A stretch of 64,000 bases of DNA, from the NCBI GenBank assembly GCA_951406725.2, contig OX597817.1, positions 162,626,001 to 162,690,000 of the forward strand, read 5' to 3'. The translations under genes were made by a program, and so were the position numbers. This document shows, in pieces, positions 1 to 12,732 of this stretch (its first letter is position 1; every line of letters begins with the position of its first letter). This DNA comes from Octopus vulgaris (taxonomy: Eukaryota). The notes beneath the pieces were generated by a model, which searched no databases, was not told the origin of the DNA, and was given only the letters and a program-made list of their open reading frames with translations.

Positions 1-157
1 CCGTCTAGGGGATGCAACTCCACCTTTTTTAAATCTCAAAAAAAAAATTTACCATCATTTTTTTCCATTTTTTTGCTATTTTTGGGCTATAACTCTCTAA
101 AAATGCTTTATAGTTATTTCCCTTACAAACCTGAGCAACGCCGGGCGATACTGCTAG
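1..157 (+). mobile_element. 3' part of a non-autonomous Helitron
   Basis: Ends ...GAGCAACGCCGGGCGATACTGCTAG|T; same family as 42956-43344 and 56633-57011. Confidence 0.8.
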
Positions 158-487
158 TATCAGTCTAAATATATACAATCATATCTTCAAAATCTCAAGC
201 TTTGGGGGTCTACCAAAATAAAATAGTAATCAGAGGATCCATATGTAAAAAAAAAAAGAAGTGGTTGTGAACCACTGGTTTAGAATGAAGCATTAAGTGA
301 TATATATCCTCCCACCTCTTATCTACCTTTCAGTATAGTATATTCACCCTTCAACTCTAATGATTTTTTTTTTTTTTTTTCTGTTAAAGCTAAAAGCGTT
401 TTGAGTGTGAAATGAAGAAATTTTAATTGCTCAAACTTTGATGGTCTGCATTATTAATTTAAATCTATTATCTTCTCTTTTTTCCAG

Positions 488-670
488 ATTGGTCAGCTCA
501 CAGTAATGCCATCTTTGATTTGGCTTGGATGGAAAATGAACACAAACTGCTTACTGCTTCTGGTGACCAGACTATCGTCTTATGGGACGCTCTCAGCCAG
601 CAGAAAATACAGACATTTAAAGGACACAGTCGCAGCGTTAAATCTGTGTGTTTCAGTCCATCAAGCAATT
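488..670 (+). CDS. DTL: DTL/CDT2 internal exon (WD40): WSAHSNAIFDLAW...TASGDQT...GHSRSVKSVCF
   Basis: ttccAG acceptor and GT donor at 671. Translation matches CDT2 'W.AH.NAVFDLAW...TAAGDQT...GH..SLKSV'. Upstream exons lie outside the window. Confidence 0.95.
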
Positions 671-715
671 GTAATTTGTTAAATTTTAAAATCTTTTAAT
701 GTAATACTATGTATA

Positions 716-1075
716 CTCTTTTACTCTTTTACTTGTTTCAGTCATTTGACTGCGGCCATGCTGGAGCACCGCCTTTAATCGAGCAACTCGACCCCGGGAC
801 TTATTCTTTTATAAGCCCAGTACTTATTCGATTGGTCTCTTTTGCCTAACCGCTAAGTAATGGGGACATAAACACACCAGCATCGGTTGTCAAGCAATGC
901 TAGGGGGACAAACACAGATACACAAACGCATATATATATATACACGACGGGCTTCTTTCAGTTTCCGTCTACCAAATCCACTCACAAGGCTTTGGTCGGC
1001 CCGAGGCTATAGTAGAAAACACTTGCCCAAGGTGCCATGCAGTGGGACTGAACCCAGAACCATGTGGTTGGTAAG
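716..1075 (-). mobile_element. tRNA-derived CORE-like SINE (family A), 5'-truncated
   Basis: Reverse complement of 18012-18415; TTGGGCAAGT core. Confidence 0.9.
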
Positions 1076-1767
1076 CTGTGTGTTTCAGTCCATCTAGCAA
1101 TTGTAATTTGTTAAATTTTAAAATCTTTTAACGTAATACTATGTATATGTATTTATTTTTTCTATCCTATATATGGTTTGGTCATTGAGCTGAGGCCATG
1201 CTGGGGCACTGCCTAAAAGTGTTTAGTCCAAACAAATCAAGCCCATTACTTTTAAGCCTGGTTCTTATTCTATTGGTATATTGGTATCTTTTGCAAATGT
1301 TAAGTTAATGGAACACAAAAATAGAATACCATCAGTAGGGTACAAACATGGGGACATATTCTTATATATATACATATACACACATATGATGGTTATATGT
1401 CAAGATAACTCAAACTAATAGATATGCATTTTAAGTGCTCAAATAGGTGTGACACCAAAATTCCAGTTAGAACAGTGATTGAAGTTGTGGTTGTGTGATT
1501 GCCTTGTTCAAACATGGCTATAAGTGGCATCCCTTTGAGTCAGTAGGTATAGGTAAAAGTAGTGAGGAAATGCAAACGATTAGGCAATGCAGGACAAGGA
1601 TATTTAATTTGATTTAATTCAGTCTAAAATTTAGCTGCATAATGAATGGTAAAGTTAGTCTCATTTTTATCATTCGTTAAGTAGCTAAATTTTAGATTGA
1701 ATTAGATGAAATTAAATGTCCTTGGCCTGCATTGCCTAATTATTCGCCTTTCCTCACTACTTAAACC

Positions 1768-1808
<41 letters not shown>

Positions 1809-2330
1809 CAGGCTTTCACTCAGTTTCCATCTACCAAATCCACTCAAAGCAATGGTTCATCAGGAGCTATAGTAGAAGATACTTGCTCGAAGTGCTGCAC
1901 TGTGGGACTGAACCCAAAACTATGCAGTTGCAAGGCAAGCTTCTTAACCACAGAACCATGCCTGTGCTTCTATATTTGAAATATATATTGATTTCACATT
2001 TTGGCACAAGGCCAGCAAGTTCAGGGAAATCAATGGTGAACTTGTGTAATAAATGTGACAGACCTTTAACTGTTTCATTTTTCTAGTAAATTTAATTAGT
2101 TTATTCAATAGATTTACAGATGGTTACAGCCTTCTTGAGATTTTGATCATGATGTGATTGTTGCTATTTTTGAAATGACATTGTAGGGTAAGTGAGGGTG
2201 GCCAAATGTGGCTGGTTTGAACATAAAACTGGTAGAATATTTAGTCAGTTTAAATGTTAAAGGGTTAAACAATCAAATTCAGGACAGCTCGATTTATGGT
2301 CCATCGCTCATACACCTTTAATGTTTATTA

Positions 2331-2952
2331 GGATCTTTACCTTTTGACCTACAGATTTAAAAAATAATTTTTTGTAACAACACTTTCAAACTTCGGACAC
2401 TGGTAGAATGTGTCATATAAAACATGTTTTACTCTTAGCATTTTTGAGAAAAATTTATATTTACAAAAGATATTTCACCATAAAGTTCTCATATTTCAGT
2501 AATTTCAGCCAATCAATGATGTGTATTCAGCTGAATAAAATTATTGCTGTTGTTTGTCAACAAAAACTTCCTGCGGTGTATATTTCGTTTGTCACTGTTA
2601 TTTATGACAACCCTAACCCTAAAACCCAACCCTAATCCTAAAACCTTAAAACCAGTACAAACGCACGAACGATGTCATAAATGATAGTGAAAAACGAAAA
2701 ATACACCGCTGATAGTTGTTGTTGACAAACAATGGCAGTAATTTTACTCATCTGAATACATGTCATTGATTGGTTGAAATTACCGAAATACGAGAATTTT
2801 AAGGTGAAATATCTTTTGTAAATATAAGTTTTTTCAAAAATGCTAAGAGTAAAAGATGTTTTATATGACACATTCTACCAGTGTCCAAAGTTTGAAAGTG
2901 TTTAGTTACAAAAAATCATTTTTTAAATCTGTAGGTCAAAAGGTAAAGGTCC
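2331..2952. mobile_element. Foldback MITE, ~280-bp inverted arms with a telomere-like (CCCTAA) spacer
   Basis: GGATCTTTACCTTTTGACC...GGTCAAAAGGTAAAGGTCC termini; 8-bp TSD gtttatta/gtttgtta. GG termini with an 8-bp TSD suggest Merlin-like. Confidence 0.88.
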
Positions 2953-3026
2953 GTTTGTTATATTGATTTGAATGAAGTACTGTGTTGATGGTGACTAAAT
3001 GTAATTACTTTTCCATTCCTCTCTAG

Positions 3027-3092
3027 TTGTTTTCTGTTCTGGTTCAAGAGATGGTCAAATTCTAATCTACGACACAAGAGTCAACTCCAGAG
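3027..3092 (+). CDS. DTL: DTL exon: VFCSGSRDGQILIYDTRVNSR
   Basis: ctctAG/GTaat boundaries, phase-compatible. Matches CDT2 'VFCTGGRDGNIMVWDTR'. Confidence 0.93.
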
Positions 3093-3834
3093 GTAATGTC
3101 ACTATTATTGTCCTCATCATAATTTAGCATCCATTTTCCATGCTAGCATGGGTAAGATGGTTTGATTGGGGCTGGTAAACCAGAGAGCTGCATAGGGCTC
3201 CAGTCTGTTTTGGCTTGGTTTCTATGACTAGATTCCCTTCCTGAGTCTTTTACATGTCACCAGCATGGGACATGTAACTTATAAATATTGATTCTGTGGT
3301 CCTCACATTGCTGAAAGATTTAAGATCCTTCCTTCATCCTTTACTTGTTTCAGTCATTAGACTGTGGCCATGCTGTGGCACTGCCTGAAACAATTTGTTT
3401 TAGTCAAATGAATTGACCCTAGTCTTTTACTCTTTTACTTGTTTCTGTCATTTGACTGGCCATGCTAGAAATAAACAGCATTGCTTGTATTATGATGCTC
3501 ATTTGCAACCATAGCACAATGTCAAAACAAGGATACCCACATATAACAGGCTTCTTCTAGTTTCCATCTACCAAATCCACTCACGAGATTTTGGTCATCC
3601 TGTAAAAGCTATAGTAAAATACATTTGCCCAAGGTGCAGCACAGTGAGGCCTATCTCAAAACAAGGTGGTTAGAAAGCAAGCTTCTTAGCCATACATCTA
3701 CTCCTGCACCTAATCACTAAGTGAATTTTCTTCACTCTTTACATTTACTGTAAATTGTCATTTCCCTCCTCAACACTTCTATGAAATTATGGTTGTTCAG
3801 GCATGCAAATAACTGTATGTTGTTCAAATTTTAT

Positions 3835-4190
3835 ACTCTTTTGCTTGTTTCAGTCATTTGACTGTGGCCATGCTGGAGCACCGCCTATAGTCGAGCAAAT
3901 CGACCCCAGCACTTATTCTTTGTAAGCCTAGTACTTCTATCGGTCTCCTTTGCCGAAACCGCTAAGTTACAGAGACACAAACACACCAGCATCGGTTGTC
4001 AAGCGATGTTGGGGGGGGGACAAACACACACACACACACATATATATATCTTTCAGTTTCCGTCTACCAAATCCACTCACAAAGCTTTGGTCGGCCCGAG
4101 GCTATAGTAGAAAACACTTGCCCAAGGTGCCGCGCAGTGGGACTGAAACCGGAACCATGTTGTTGGTAAGCAAGCTACTTACCACTGAGC
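3835..4190 (-). mobile_element. SINE family A
   Basis: Near-identical to the other family A copies. Confidence 0.9.
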
Positions 4191-4252
4191 GCCAGTTGTT
4201 AATGAAAATTTCATTTATAATAGTTAGTGATATTTCTGCTTTTCTTCCTTAG

Positions 4253-4344
4253 ATGGCTACATGAGAAGTGTGAGTACCATAAAGAATGCACATTCCACTG
4301 GACCTGCAATGCACTTGAAAAGGAACTACAGGAATAAAAACAAT
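4253..4344 (+). CDS. DTL: DTL exon: DGYMRSVSTIKNAHS...KRNYRNKNN
   Basis: ccttAG/GTaaga boundaries, in phase. Resembles CDT2 'DGFYRQVNQISGAHN' plus its basic patch. Confidence 0.88.
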
Positions 4345-5593
4345 GTAAGAAAAGTTAATGTTAGACTTACCTTCGATTTATTGGTTTATTTATGTGTATC
4401 TTTTCGGAGATCAGTGCATTATTTTTCCCTGTTAACATAGATTATTTGGAGATTCATCATCATCATCATCATCATCATAGTTTAACGTATGCTTTCCATG
4501 GTAGCATAGGTTGGCCGATTTGACTGAGGACTGGTGAACCAGATGGCTGCACCAGACTCCAATCTTGATCTGGCGGAGTTTCTACAGCTGGATGCCCTTC
4601 TTTATGCTAACATATATATATATACATGTGTGTGTTGTTGTTGTTGAATGAATAAGAAATACATGTGGAAGATATATTACTTTTTCTTTTTATTATTACT
4701 GAAGCTTTGAGTTTGTCTTGTAACTTGAGTTTTATACTTCTGCAATCTTCAGGTGGTCTCCCCCCTACCCCATTTCCAGCTACCAAATCAAACCACAAGA
4801 TTTTGATTAGCCCATGGCTATAGTACAAGACACTTGCCCTGAAGTGTTATACTGTGTAGCTGAACTCAAAACTACATGGTTGGAAACCAGACTCTTCAGC
4901 TACATAGCTATGCCTACATCTGTTTCTCTAATAATAAGTGGCATGTCTCTGAAATTTATTTTAGTGTTACTATGGTTTTTCTTCACTATCATCATCACCA
5001 TCGTTTAACGTCCATTTTCCATGCTCGCATGGGTTGGAAAGTTCGAATGGGGTCTGGGAAGCCAGGAGGCTGCACCAGGCTCCAGTCTGATCTGGTAGTA
5101 TTTCTACAGCTGGATGCCCTTCCTAACGCCAGCCACTCCATGAGTGTAGTGGGTGCTTTTTACGTGCCACCAGCACATGAGTGTAGTGAGTGCTTTTTAT
5201 GTGCCACCGGCACAGGTATCACAACTACCATTTCCATTTTATTTTTATTTTATGTACTTGACTCAGTAGGTCTCCTCAAGCACAGCAGGCTGTCCTGCGA
5301 TCCAAGGTACTTTGGATTGGCTGGGGTTGCTATGTGAAGCTGGTGCAGGAAACAGCCATGAACTCATATTATTTGTCGGGTCTTCGCAGTCACAGCATAT
5401 CTCCAGAGGTCTTGGTCTTTCATCATTGCCTCTGATGTAGATGATTTATCATTAAACTACAAAGAAAGACTGGTCCATATTGTTAATGATAGCAGAATAA
5501 TGTATCTTGTCTAGAGCATCAGCCTACACTTGTAAGAAAATCCAAACTCCTCGTGTACAGTTTGCCTACATAGTATTCCATTTTGTATTCCAG

Positions 5594-5670
5594 GATAACC
5601 GAGAAAAAAGTGTTACTGCCGTCCTCTACCAGACAGACAATCTCCTGGCCTCAGCTGGAGCTATTAATAG
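5594..5670 (+). CDS. DTL: DTL exon: DNREKSVTAVLYQTDNLLASAGAIN
   Basis: tccAG/GTtagt boundaries. Matches CDT2 'SVTVVLFQDENTLVSAGAVD'. Confidence 0.93.
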
Positions 5671-5904
5671 GTTAGTTCTTTACCTGTCAAGCTACCATAG
5701 CTGTTAGTGTCTTACAGATCTCTAGCAGCTATGGTATCACATTGTGTTGTGTAAGTACCATACAACATGTACACTGCCACTGCTCCTATACTGTATGTTC
5801 AAAACCTCCACCATACATACATGTTCACCACCACTACTATAAAGACATACATGAAAATGCACGTATATACAGATACAAATGCAAATAGTTGTACTAATAC
5901 ATAC

Positions 5905-6497
5905 CTATTTGTTTACTACCCACAGAGGGGACAAACCCCAGTGCGTAACTGGTACTTAATTTATCGACCCCGAAAGGATGAAAGGCAGAGTTGACTACGG
6001 CGGAATTTGAACTCAGAACGTAACAGCAGATGAAATACCGCTAAGCATTTCGCCCGGTGTGCTAACACTTCTGCCAGCTCACCGCCTTTTGCGCTAACAC
6101 ATACTCTCTTTTACTCGTTTCAGTCATTTGACTGCGGTCATGCTGGAGCACCGCCTTTAGTCGAGCAAATCGACCCCGGGACTTATTCTTTGTAAGCCCA
6201 GTACTTATTCTATCGGTCTCTTTTTTGCTGAACCGCTAAGTGACGGAGACGTAAACACACCAGCATCGGTTGTCAAGCAATGCTAGAAGGACAAACACAC
6301 ACACACATACATATATATATGTATACATATATACGACAGGCTTCTTTCAGTTTCCGTCTACCAAATCCACTCACAAGGCATTGGTCGGGCCGGGGCTATA
6401 ACAGAAGACACTTGCCCAAGATGCCACGCAGTGGGACTGAACCCGGAACCATGTGGTTGGTTAGCAAGCTACGTACCACACAGCCACTCCTGTGCCT
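5905..6497 (-). mobile_element. Meta-like SINE (~5905-6087) adjacent to SINE family A (~6103-6497)
   Basis: Both match other copies in the window. Confidence 0.88.
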
Positions 6498-6709
6498 ATA
6501 CCTTCAAATCATATATGTTCACTGATACAAAAAAGTATAATGACAGCACATGCCTGTGCAGTGACAAATGCTTACTATAACAAACACACACACAGATGCA
6601 CTGCATATCATGAATACAGGGACACATAAAATATTGAATATAGTCACATTAAAATAAGCAGTCTGAGAGAGAGACTTTTTCTGATGATTTCTATCTTTTC
6701 TCTCTTCAG

Positions 6710-6810
6710 CACTGTTAAGATTTGGGACTTGCGAAAGTGCAGCAGTCAAAATCAAGACCCAGTACCTGCATATATGTTTATGTGCAGCAAAAATGCAATG
6801 AGAAACTTTG
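6710..6810 (+). CDS. DTL: DTL exon: TVKIWDLRK... (WDxR DDB1-binding motif)
   Basis: ttcAG/GTaagt boundaries. Contains WDLR, the DCAF WDxR motif. Confidence 0.93.
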
Positions 6811-6957
6811 GTAAGTGAACAGTTCTTTATACTTACAACTCTTGTACAAACTCTTGCATATGAATATAATGTTTGGTTAAACTTGATTTATTATTATTTA
6901 AAAACAAGATTGTTTCTATTTCATTAACTTCGTTATCTCTATCTAATCTTTTTTTAG

Positions 6958-7062
6958 GGATCACCAGCCTTGCATTTGATCCCAGTCTTAGTCGTTTGTT
7001 TGCAACATGTAAAGATCACTCAGTCTACCTCTACAATTCTGCTACATATGCTCGTGAACCCA
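6958..7062 (+). CDS. DTL: DTL exon: GITSLAFDPSLSRLFATCKDHSVYLYN
   Basis: ttttAG/GTaagt boundaries. Matches CDT2 'GYSSLILDSTGSTLFANCTDDNIYMFN'. Confidence 0.93.
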
Positions 7063-7187
7063 GTAAGTAAACCATTTTATAATTCTATCTGGCTGTCATT
7101 CACCATTTAGTTTATTTTTGTTTTCTTACAATATCTGCTGTATAATGTTGTTTAACCTCAGGTTACCCTGTTTCCTTTTTGTGTGAA

Positions 7188-7512
7188 GGTGCATGGCTCA
7201 GTGGTTAGAGCATCGAGCTTATGATCGTGAGGTTGTGGGTTCAATTCCCGGACCGGGCTGCATGTTGTTCTTGAACAAGGCACTTTATTTCACGTTCTCC
7301 AGTTAACTCAGCTATAAAAAGATTTGTGACATCACTTTTGCCAAGCTTTATCGGCCTTTCCCTTGGATAACATCAATGGTGTGGAGAGGGAAGGCTGGTA
7401 TGCATGGGCAACTGCTGGCCTTCCACAAGCAACCTTACCCGGACTTGTGCCTCGGAAGGTAACTTTCTAGGTGCAATCCCATGGTCGGTCATGACTGAAG
7501 AGGAGTCTTCAC
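7188..7512 (+). mobile_element. tRNA-derived SINE (family C)
   Basis: TGGCTCAGTGGTTAGAGC...GTTCAATTCCC head; second copy at 63403-63732. Confidence 0.85.
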
Positions 7513-8486
7513 CCTGTTTTTCTGTATATAGACACCAGCATGGCTGTATGGTTAAGAAGCTCACTTTGCATCTAAATGGTTTGGGATCTGTCCCAGTACA
7601 GGGCACCTTGGGCAAGTGTCTTGTATTATGGCCTGGGTCAACCAATTCTTTGTAAGTGAATTTAGTAGAAGGAAACTCTGTGGAAGCCTGTGAAGTATAT
7701 CTTTGTCTTGTAAGTTACTTAGTGACCCTGCCACTGTTGGTGCCACATAAAGAGCATCCAGTCAACACGTGGTTGACATTTAGAAGGGCATCCAACTGTA
7801 AAAACCATGCCAAAACTGACCTCACCTGTGTTGGTGTCATGTAAAAAGCACTCACTTCACTCTGTAGGGTGGTTGGTATTAGGAAGGGCATCCGACCCAT
7901 GCCAGCATGGAAAGCGTACGTTAAACGATGATGATGATGATCCAGCCATAAAACCCATGCCAGAATGGAAAGCAGACATTAAGTGATGGTAATGATAATA
8001 TATATATATATTTATTTCAAATTTTGGTACAAGGCCAGCAATTCCTGTGAAAGGATTAAGTCAATTACATCAACTCCTAAAGGATGAAAAGCAAAATTGA
8101 CATCGGTAAATTTGAACTCTGGACATGAAAATGGGTGAAGCTAAATATTTTGTCAGGTGTGCTAACAATTCTGTCAGCTTGCCACCCTTATAAATTTATA
8201 CATAATGAAATCATGTCCTATAAGCTATGAATGTTTATAATTCCCTCAAGCCCCTCTGGTATACACAGTACACTGTGTAATTCATGTTTATGATTCCCTC
8301 CTGAGCTGTATACATTTAGCCTTTCTGTTATAGTTTGCTTGTGATTCATACATATTTCTACCTTCAGCTTTGATTGTATTCTCCACATAATCAATTTATA
8401 ATGTCTTCAGTAAACTTAGCTAAGTGTTTAAGATGTGATCCGTTCTGATATCTTTGGTAATTCCAGTTCAATGTTTTATTTTGTAG

Positions 8487-8599
8487 TCCGCACATACAGA
8501 GGGTACCAAAATACTTCGTTTTACATCAAAGCTGCTGTAAGTCCATGTGGCAGGTTCTTTGTTAGTGGATCAAATGATGATAATGCCTATATATGGGAG
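8487..8599 (+). CDS. DTL: DTL exon: RTYRGYQNTSFYIKAAVSPCGRFFVSGSNDDNAYIWE
   Basis: tgtAG/GTttgt boundaries. Matches CDT2 'GHQNSTFYVKSSLSPDDQFLVSGSSDEAAYIWK'. Confidence 0.95.
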
Positions 8600-9207
8600 G
8601 TTTGTATTGTTCTTTGTCTTTTGTTGTTCTTTTCTTTACTGAGCAAGCCCATAGCCATCAGGTGTTGCAGTGTAGATAGAGAAGAGAGGAGGAATAATAA
8701 TTAGCTATAGTAAACCATAGATTGGGAAGTATATGCTTGGGGTAGTTATCTCGTCATAATGGGCCCATGGTGTTAAAGATGCAATAATACCCTAGCGCGT
8801 AGCCCAGTAGCTATGTGATTAGGGTGCTGGACTGCTAACTACATTGTCATGAGTTCAAACCTAACTAAGCATAAAATAGATTCAACTCTGTTTTATGGTG
8901 GAGTGATTAGTGGTAGAAATGAGTATGGTAAGCATTGTTTCGATGTATTCTTAAGTCTACACCATAAAATAGATCCCACTCTCTGTTTCATTGTGGACAT
9001 CGACTCCAGCTCAGGAGCAATTTTTTTTACAGGCTGTGCAAGATGACATTGTGTGTGCCAGCTCTGAGACGGCGCTCACACACCTAAGTTCACGGACATA
9101 GATCATGCAGGCTTGACCACCAGGTTTGAATGTCCTCGTGGGTTAAAGAAAAAGAGTAAAGTGACAAATTGATTTGTTTGATTGTCTGGCTTAACAGGTT
9201 GCTTTTT

Positions 9208-9568
9208 TTACTCTCCTTTACTTGTATCAGTCATTTGACTGTGGCCATCCTGGAGCACTACCTTTTTAGTCGAGCAAATCGACCCCAGGGCTTATTCTTT
9301 GTAAGTCTAGTACTTATTCTATCGGCCTCTTTTGCCAAATCGCTAAGTTACGGAGACGTAAGCACACCAGCATCGGTTGTCAAGCAATGTTGGGGGGACA
9401 AACATATACGTATATACGACAGGCTTCTTTCAGTTTCTGTCTACCAAATCCACTCACAAGGTTTTGGTCGGCCCGAGGCTATAGTAGAAGACACTTGCCC
9501 AAGATGGCACGCAGTGGGACTGAACCCGGAACCGTGTGGTTCGTAAGCAAGCTACTTACCACACGGCC
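9208..9568 (-). mobile_element. SINE family A
   Basis: Matches the family consensus seen in the window. Confidence 0.9.
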
Positions 9569-9609
9569 AGATCCATATTGTGATTTGTCTGACATATGGT
9601 GAGGATAAG

Positions 9610-10530
9610 AAATGTTAAAAGCCTAGCACAGAAGTTGAGTGTATATGCTGTTGTGCCACAATAAGAGGCCAGCATTTAAAGTCATAGATCAGAACATTCT
9701 ATTGTAGCACGAATAGGCATAGTTTTAGCTCATGTGACAGTTGTGGTGCTTTCTAAATTTTCCATTGCTTGTCGGATGCTGACCATGTTATCACTTTACA
9801 GGTGTTAACATCTGTGCTGGTATAGCAAATATGAGAGCCCAGGTAGCAGAAATAGGCAACCGATTCAATGGTCTTCAAGTGGTTTATTGAGAGACCAGCT
9901 TCAGTGGCAGCTGACTCCAGATTTGCGAGGTGGATTAAGTGTTTGTGTTTGTATATGTGATGAGTATGATGTCATCTGCTAAGTTGAAGTCAGTGAAGAC
10001 CAGTGCTGGACGACAAGCCCTGGCAGGGACGGAGCACTATGCCTAATTCAGATAGCATGCTGTAATAGATAGTCCAAGACTGTAAAGAAAAGGAGCTAAG
10101 GAGAATTCCTTTGTCGACTGCGAATGTGTTGTCTCCATCATGAGTGCATATAAAGCTTTTGCAGTCTGCCTAGACAGAGCAGGTAGCATTTACAACTTCA
10201 TTTGGTATGCCATAGACAGAATGAATCAGAAGTATTCACTTAAAGGTGGACAGTCAAAAAGCTTTGGTGAAATCTGCAAAGACTTATCTTTCATTGCCAA
10301 GATGGTTTCAACAAGTCAGTGAAGAGTTCAAAAGTAGAGTGGCCTTTGCAAAAGCTATTTTGGTTTGATCTGAGTATGCCAGTCAAGTAAATTGGATAGG
10401 AAAAGCATACTTTAGTACATGGTTAATGTGCACAATACAGTGATAGTAATAAGACATTGAATTATGATCTTATGGTCTGTAATCTGACGCCTTAATTCAG
10501 AGCTGGTGTGTTTCCACTAAAACCATCTCA
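9610..10530 (-). mobile_element. Old RTE-like LINE reverse-transcriptase relic
   Basis: Minus strand reads FTDFNLADDIIL (YADD box) near 9960-10000; boundaries approximate. Confidence 0.55.
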
Positions 10531-11541
10531 TCCAGAGATAATGAATGTGAAATAGCAGAAGATATCTTGTTTTTTTTTTCTTACCTGTAGTTATTTTCAT
10601 TAATTTTGCATCATTACTATGCTGATGTACCTTCATACTGTGCCATCTCTTTTATGGTTTTCAGTGTCTTTAGTTGGGCACTGTGCAAGTAACTCTTGCC
10701 GTATACCAAAAATATCTAATGTTGCTGGACATGTTTAGGGAAATATTCACTTTCATGTAAGAGTTGGAGGAGAATAAACGATTGCTGATATATTTTTGCA
10801 GTTAAAGACAATTAGCATTACAGAAATGGTTGTTTGCCCTCAACAGGTTATCTACAACAAACGACTGATGACTTTGGATTTATATGAAAAGAAACATTTT
10901 CAAACTCTTTGCTGTTTTCTGGTTTAGAGTTTCCAAGGTTGAACAGTTCAAAAGGAGCTGGTGAGCCAGAGAACTTTGCCAAGCTCCAATGTGTGCTTTG
11001 ACATAGTTTCTATGGCTGGATACCCTTCCTAATGCCAACCACTCTCCAAAGAATACTAAGTGCTTTTTATTTAGCACTGGCACTAGTACCTCATAAAAGA
11101 GGACTCCCTTAACTGAATGAGATGGGTGTAGTATTGAGGGAGGTGGCTTTCTGTCAGGTAATGAGATAGGGACAGAAATAACAGATATCTTATAGAGAGG
11201 TTGCAGTGAAAATGTGTCAGGAGTGACCTTCAAGTTACAGGAAAGTGAATATGAATGATATAGAAAATTTTCTATATCATATAAATGTTATAGAAAATCG
11301 ACTTAATCTGTTTGTTTGTCCCCTCTGTGTGTAGCCCCTGTAAAGAAATGAGAAAATTGTACAGGGTGAGTGGATAGTTAAGTAAGTTTGCAAGAGTGTG
11401 AAAGGAGAATGTAGTGAATGGTGAACATGGGTGTCCTTCTTCTATTATTCATCACTTTTTCCACTGGTTTCATGTATTGGGCTGTAGCCATGCAAGACCC
11501 TGTTATTATTAATATATTAAAAGCCTCTTTTTAATGTTTAG

Positions 11542-11631
11542 GTCGAGGGTTCTGAATATCCATGCATCACTCTTGCTGGTCATACTGCAGAAGTGACAGC
11601 TGTTGCCTGGTCCCAACATGATTTTGGCAAG
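11542..11631 (+). CDS. DTL: DTL exon: VEGSEYPCITLAGHTAEVTAVAWSQHDFGK
   Basis: tttAG/GTaagt boundaries, phase 0/0. Matches CDT2 'LLGHSQEVTSVCWCPSDFTK'. Confidence 0.95.
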
Positions 11632-11748
11632 GTAAGTATCTTTGGAAATGTTCTTGTGACTTGTGTACAACTAGAAAACAAGGTTGTACTTCTTGTGTTT
11701 GACTCAAGATGGTGAGTTGTAAAATATTAACTTCAGAATATACCTTAG

Positions 11749-12238
11749 CCCTTTTGATACCAATATACCCTTATTATGTCTGTGTGTGTGTGTGTCCTTT
11801 ATACAAATCCACAATTTTTCAGTTAGAGGGCTCGCACTTTCTATGGTCATTTAAAACCGTTCAAGGGTGGTCGTGCACATCTTTACATTTCCCCAGTCAC
11901 CCCGCAAAGCCATTAAAAAATCAATAGAAGTGATTTTTGGTGAATTTTCTATCCAAAACCCAATCAAAATGCCTGAAACTTGATACGCCAATTGAATGCC
12001 AGCTAGCTGTATGTGATTGGTCGGAGATTTGGACAGTACTCGCGTGTATGTGCGTTGCCGGGTCATAGTGCTAGTCTATAATACAACTTATTCTAGAGTG
12101 ATCTAAATTTCACGTTAATTTATGTTCCAAACACCAGATTATTAATAATGACAAGGTTATTTTACTGAATTCTTTGTAATTTTCAAAATTATTTGAAACA
12201 AACCAATGTGTTTCAATGGAAATATGGTAACAAAAGGG
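11749..12238. mobile_element. piggyBac-like MITE
   Basis: ttag|CCCTTTTGATACCA...TGGTAACAAAAGGG|ttaa. Confidence 0.6.
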
Positions 12239-12732
12239 TTAAGGAATGTCTGGATTTTTCAGATCTGTGAACACAAAAAGAAAAACAGAAAACAATAATA
12301 TTACTTTATTGACCATGAGATTGTAAGTTCAAATCTTGCTAAAACCATTGTGTTGCTTCTTTAGACTTGATAGGCTGCCTCAGCTTGTACCTTTGGAGAA
12401 GGCGCATTGCTTGTTGTAGACTGTGCATTTAGACAAGGTACATTACATCTCTCTGTACTACTAGGCAAAGTGCGTTACAATGCTAAGCTTTCTCCAAACT
12501 CATAACTAAACAGTTTTCCCTGCTTGTGGAAATACATCGCAGCTTGATTTTAGCCATAAACAAAGAGAAAAAAAGAACTGGTCTTTAGGTTCTATTATAC
12601 CCACAGTTATTAATGAATGTCTCTTATCCTTTTTAATCTTCATCTCCAACCATGTAATGGTAGCTACAACATTTATCCATCTCTTCAATATATACACGTG
12701 ACTCCATTTTTGTGTGTGATTATACTTATATA

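Noticed and set aside
7188-7262. tRNA genes (also 25736, 29193, 35682, 63403)
   Set aside because: A and B boxes are present, but there is no complete acceptor stem and each continues into a repeated body, so they are SINE heads.
897-9602. Recurrent ORFs 'SFRLPNPLTRLWSARGYSR' as a gene family
   Set aside because: They are translations of SINE family A copies.
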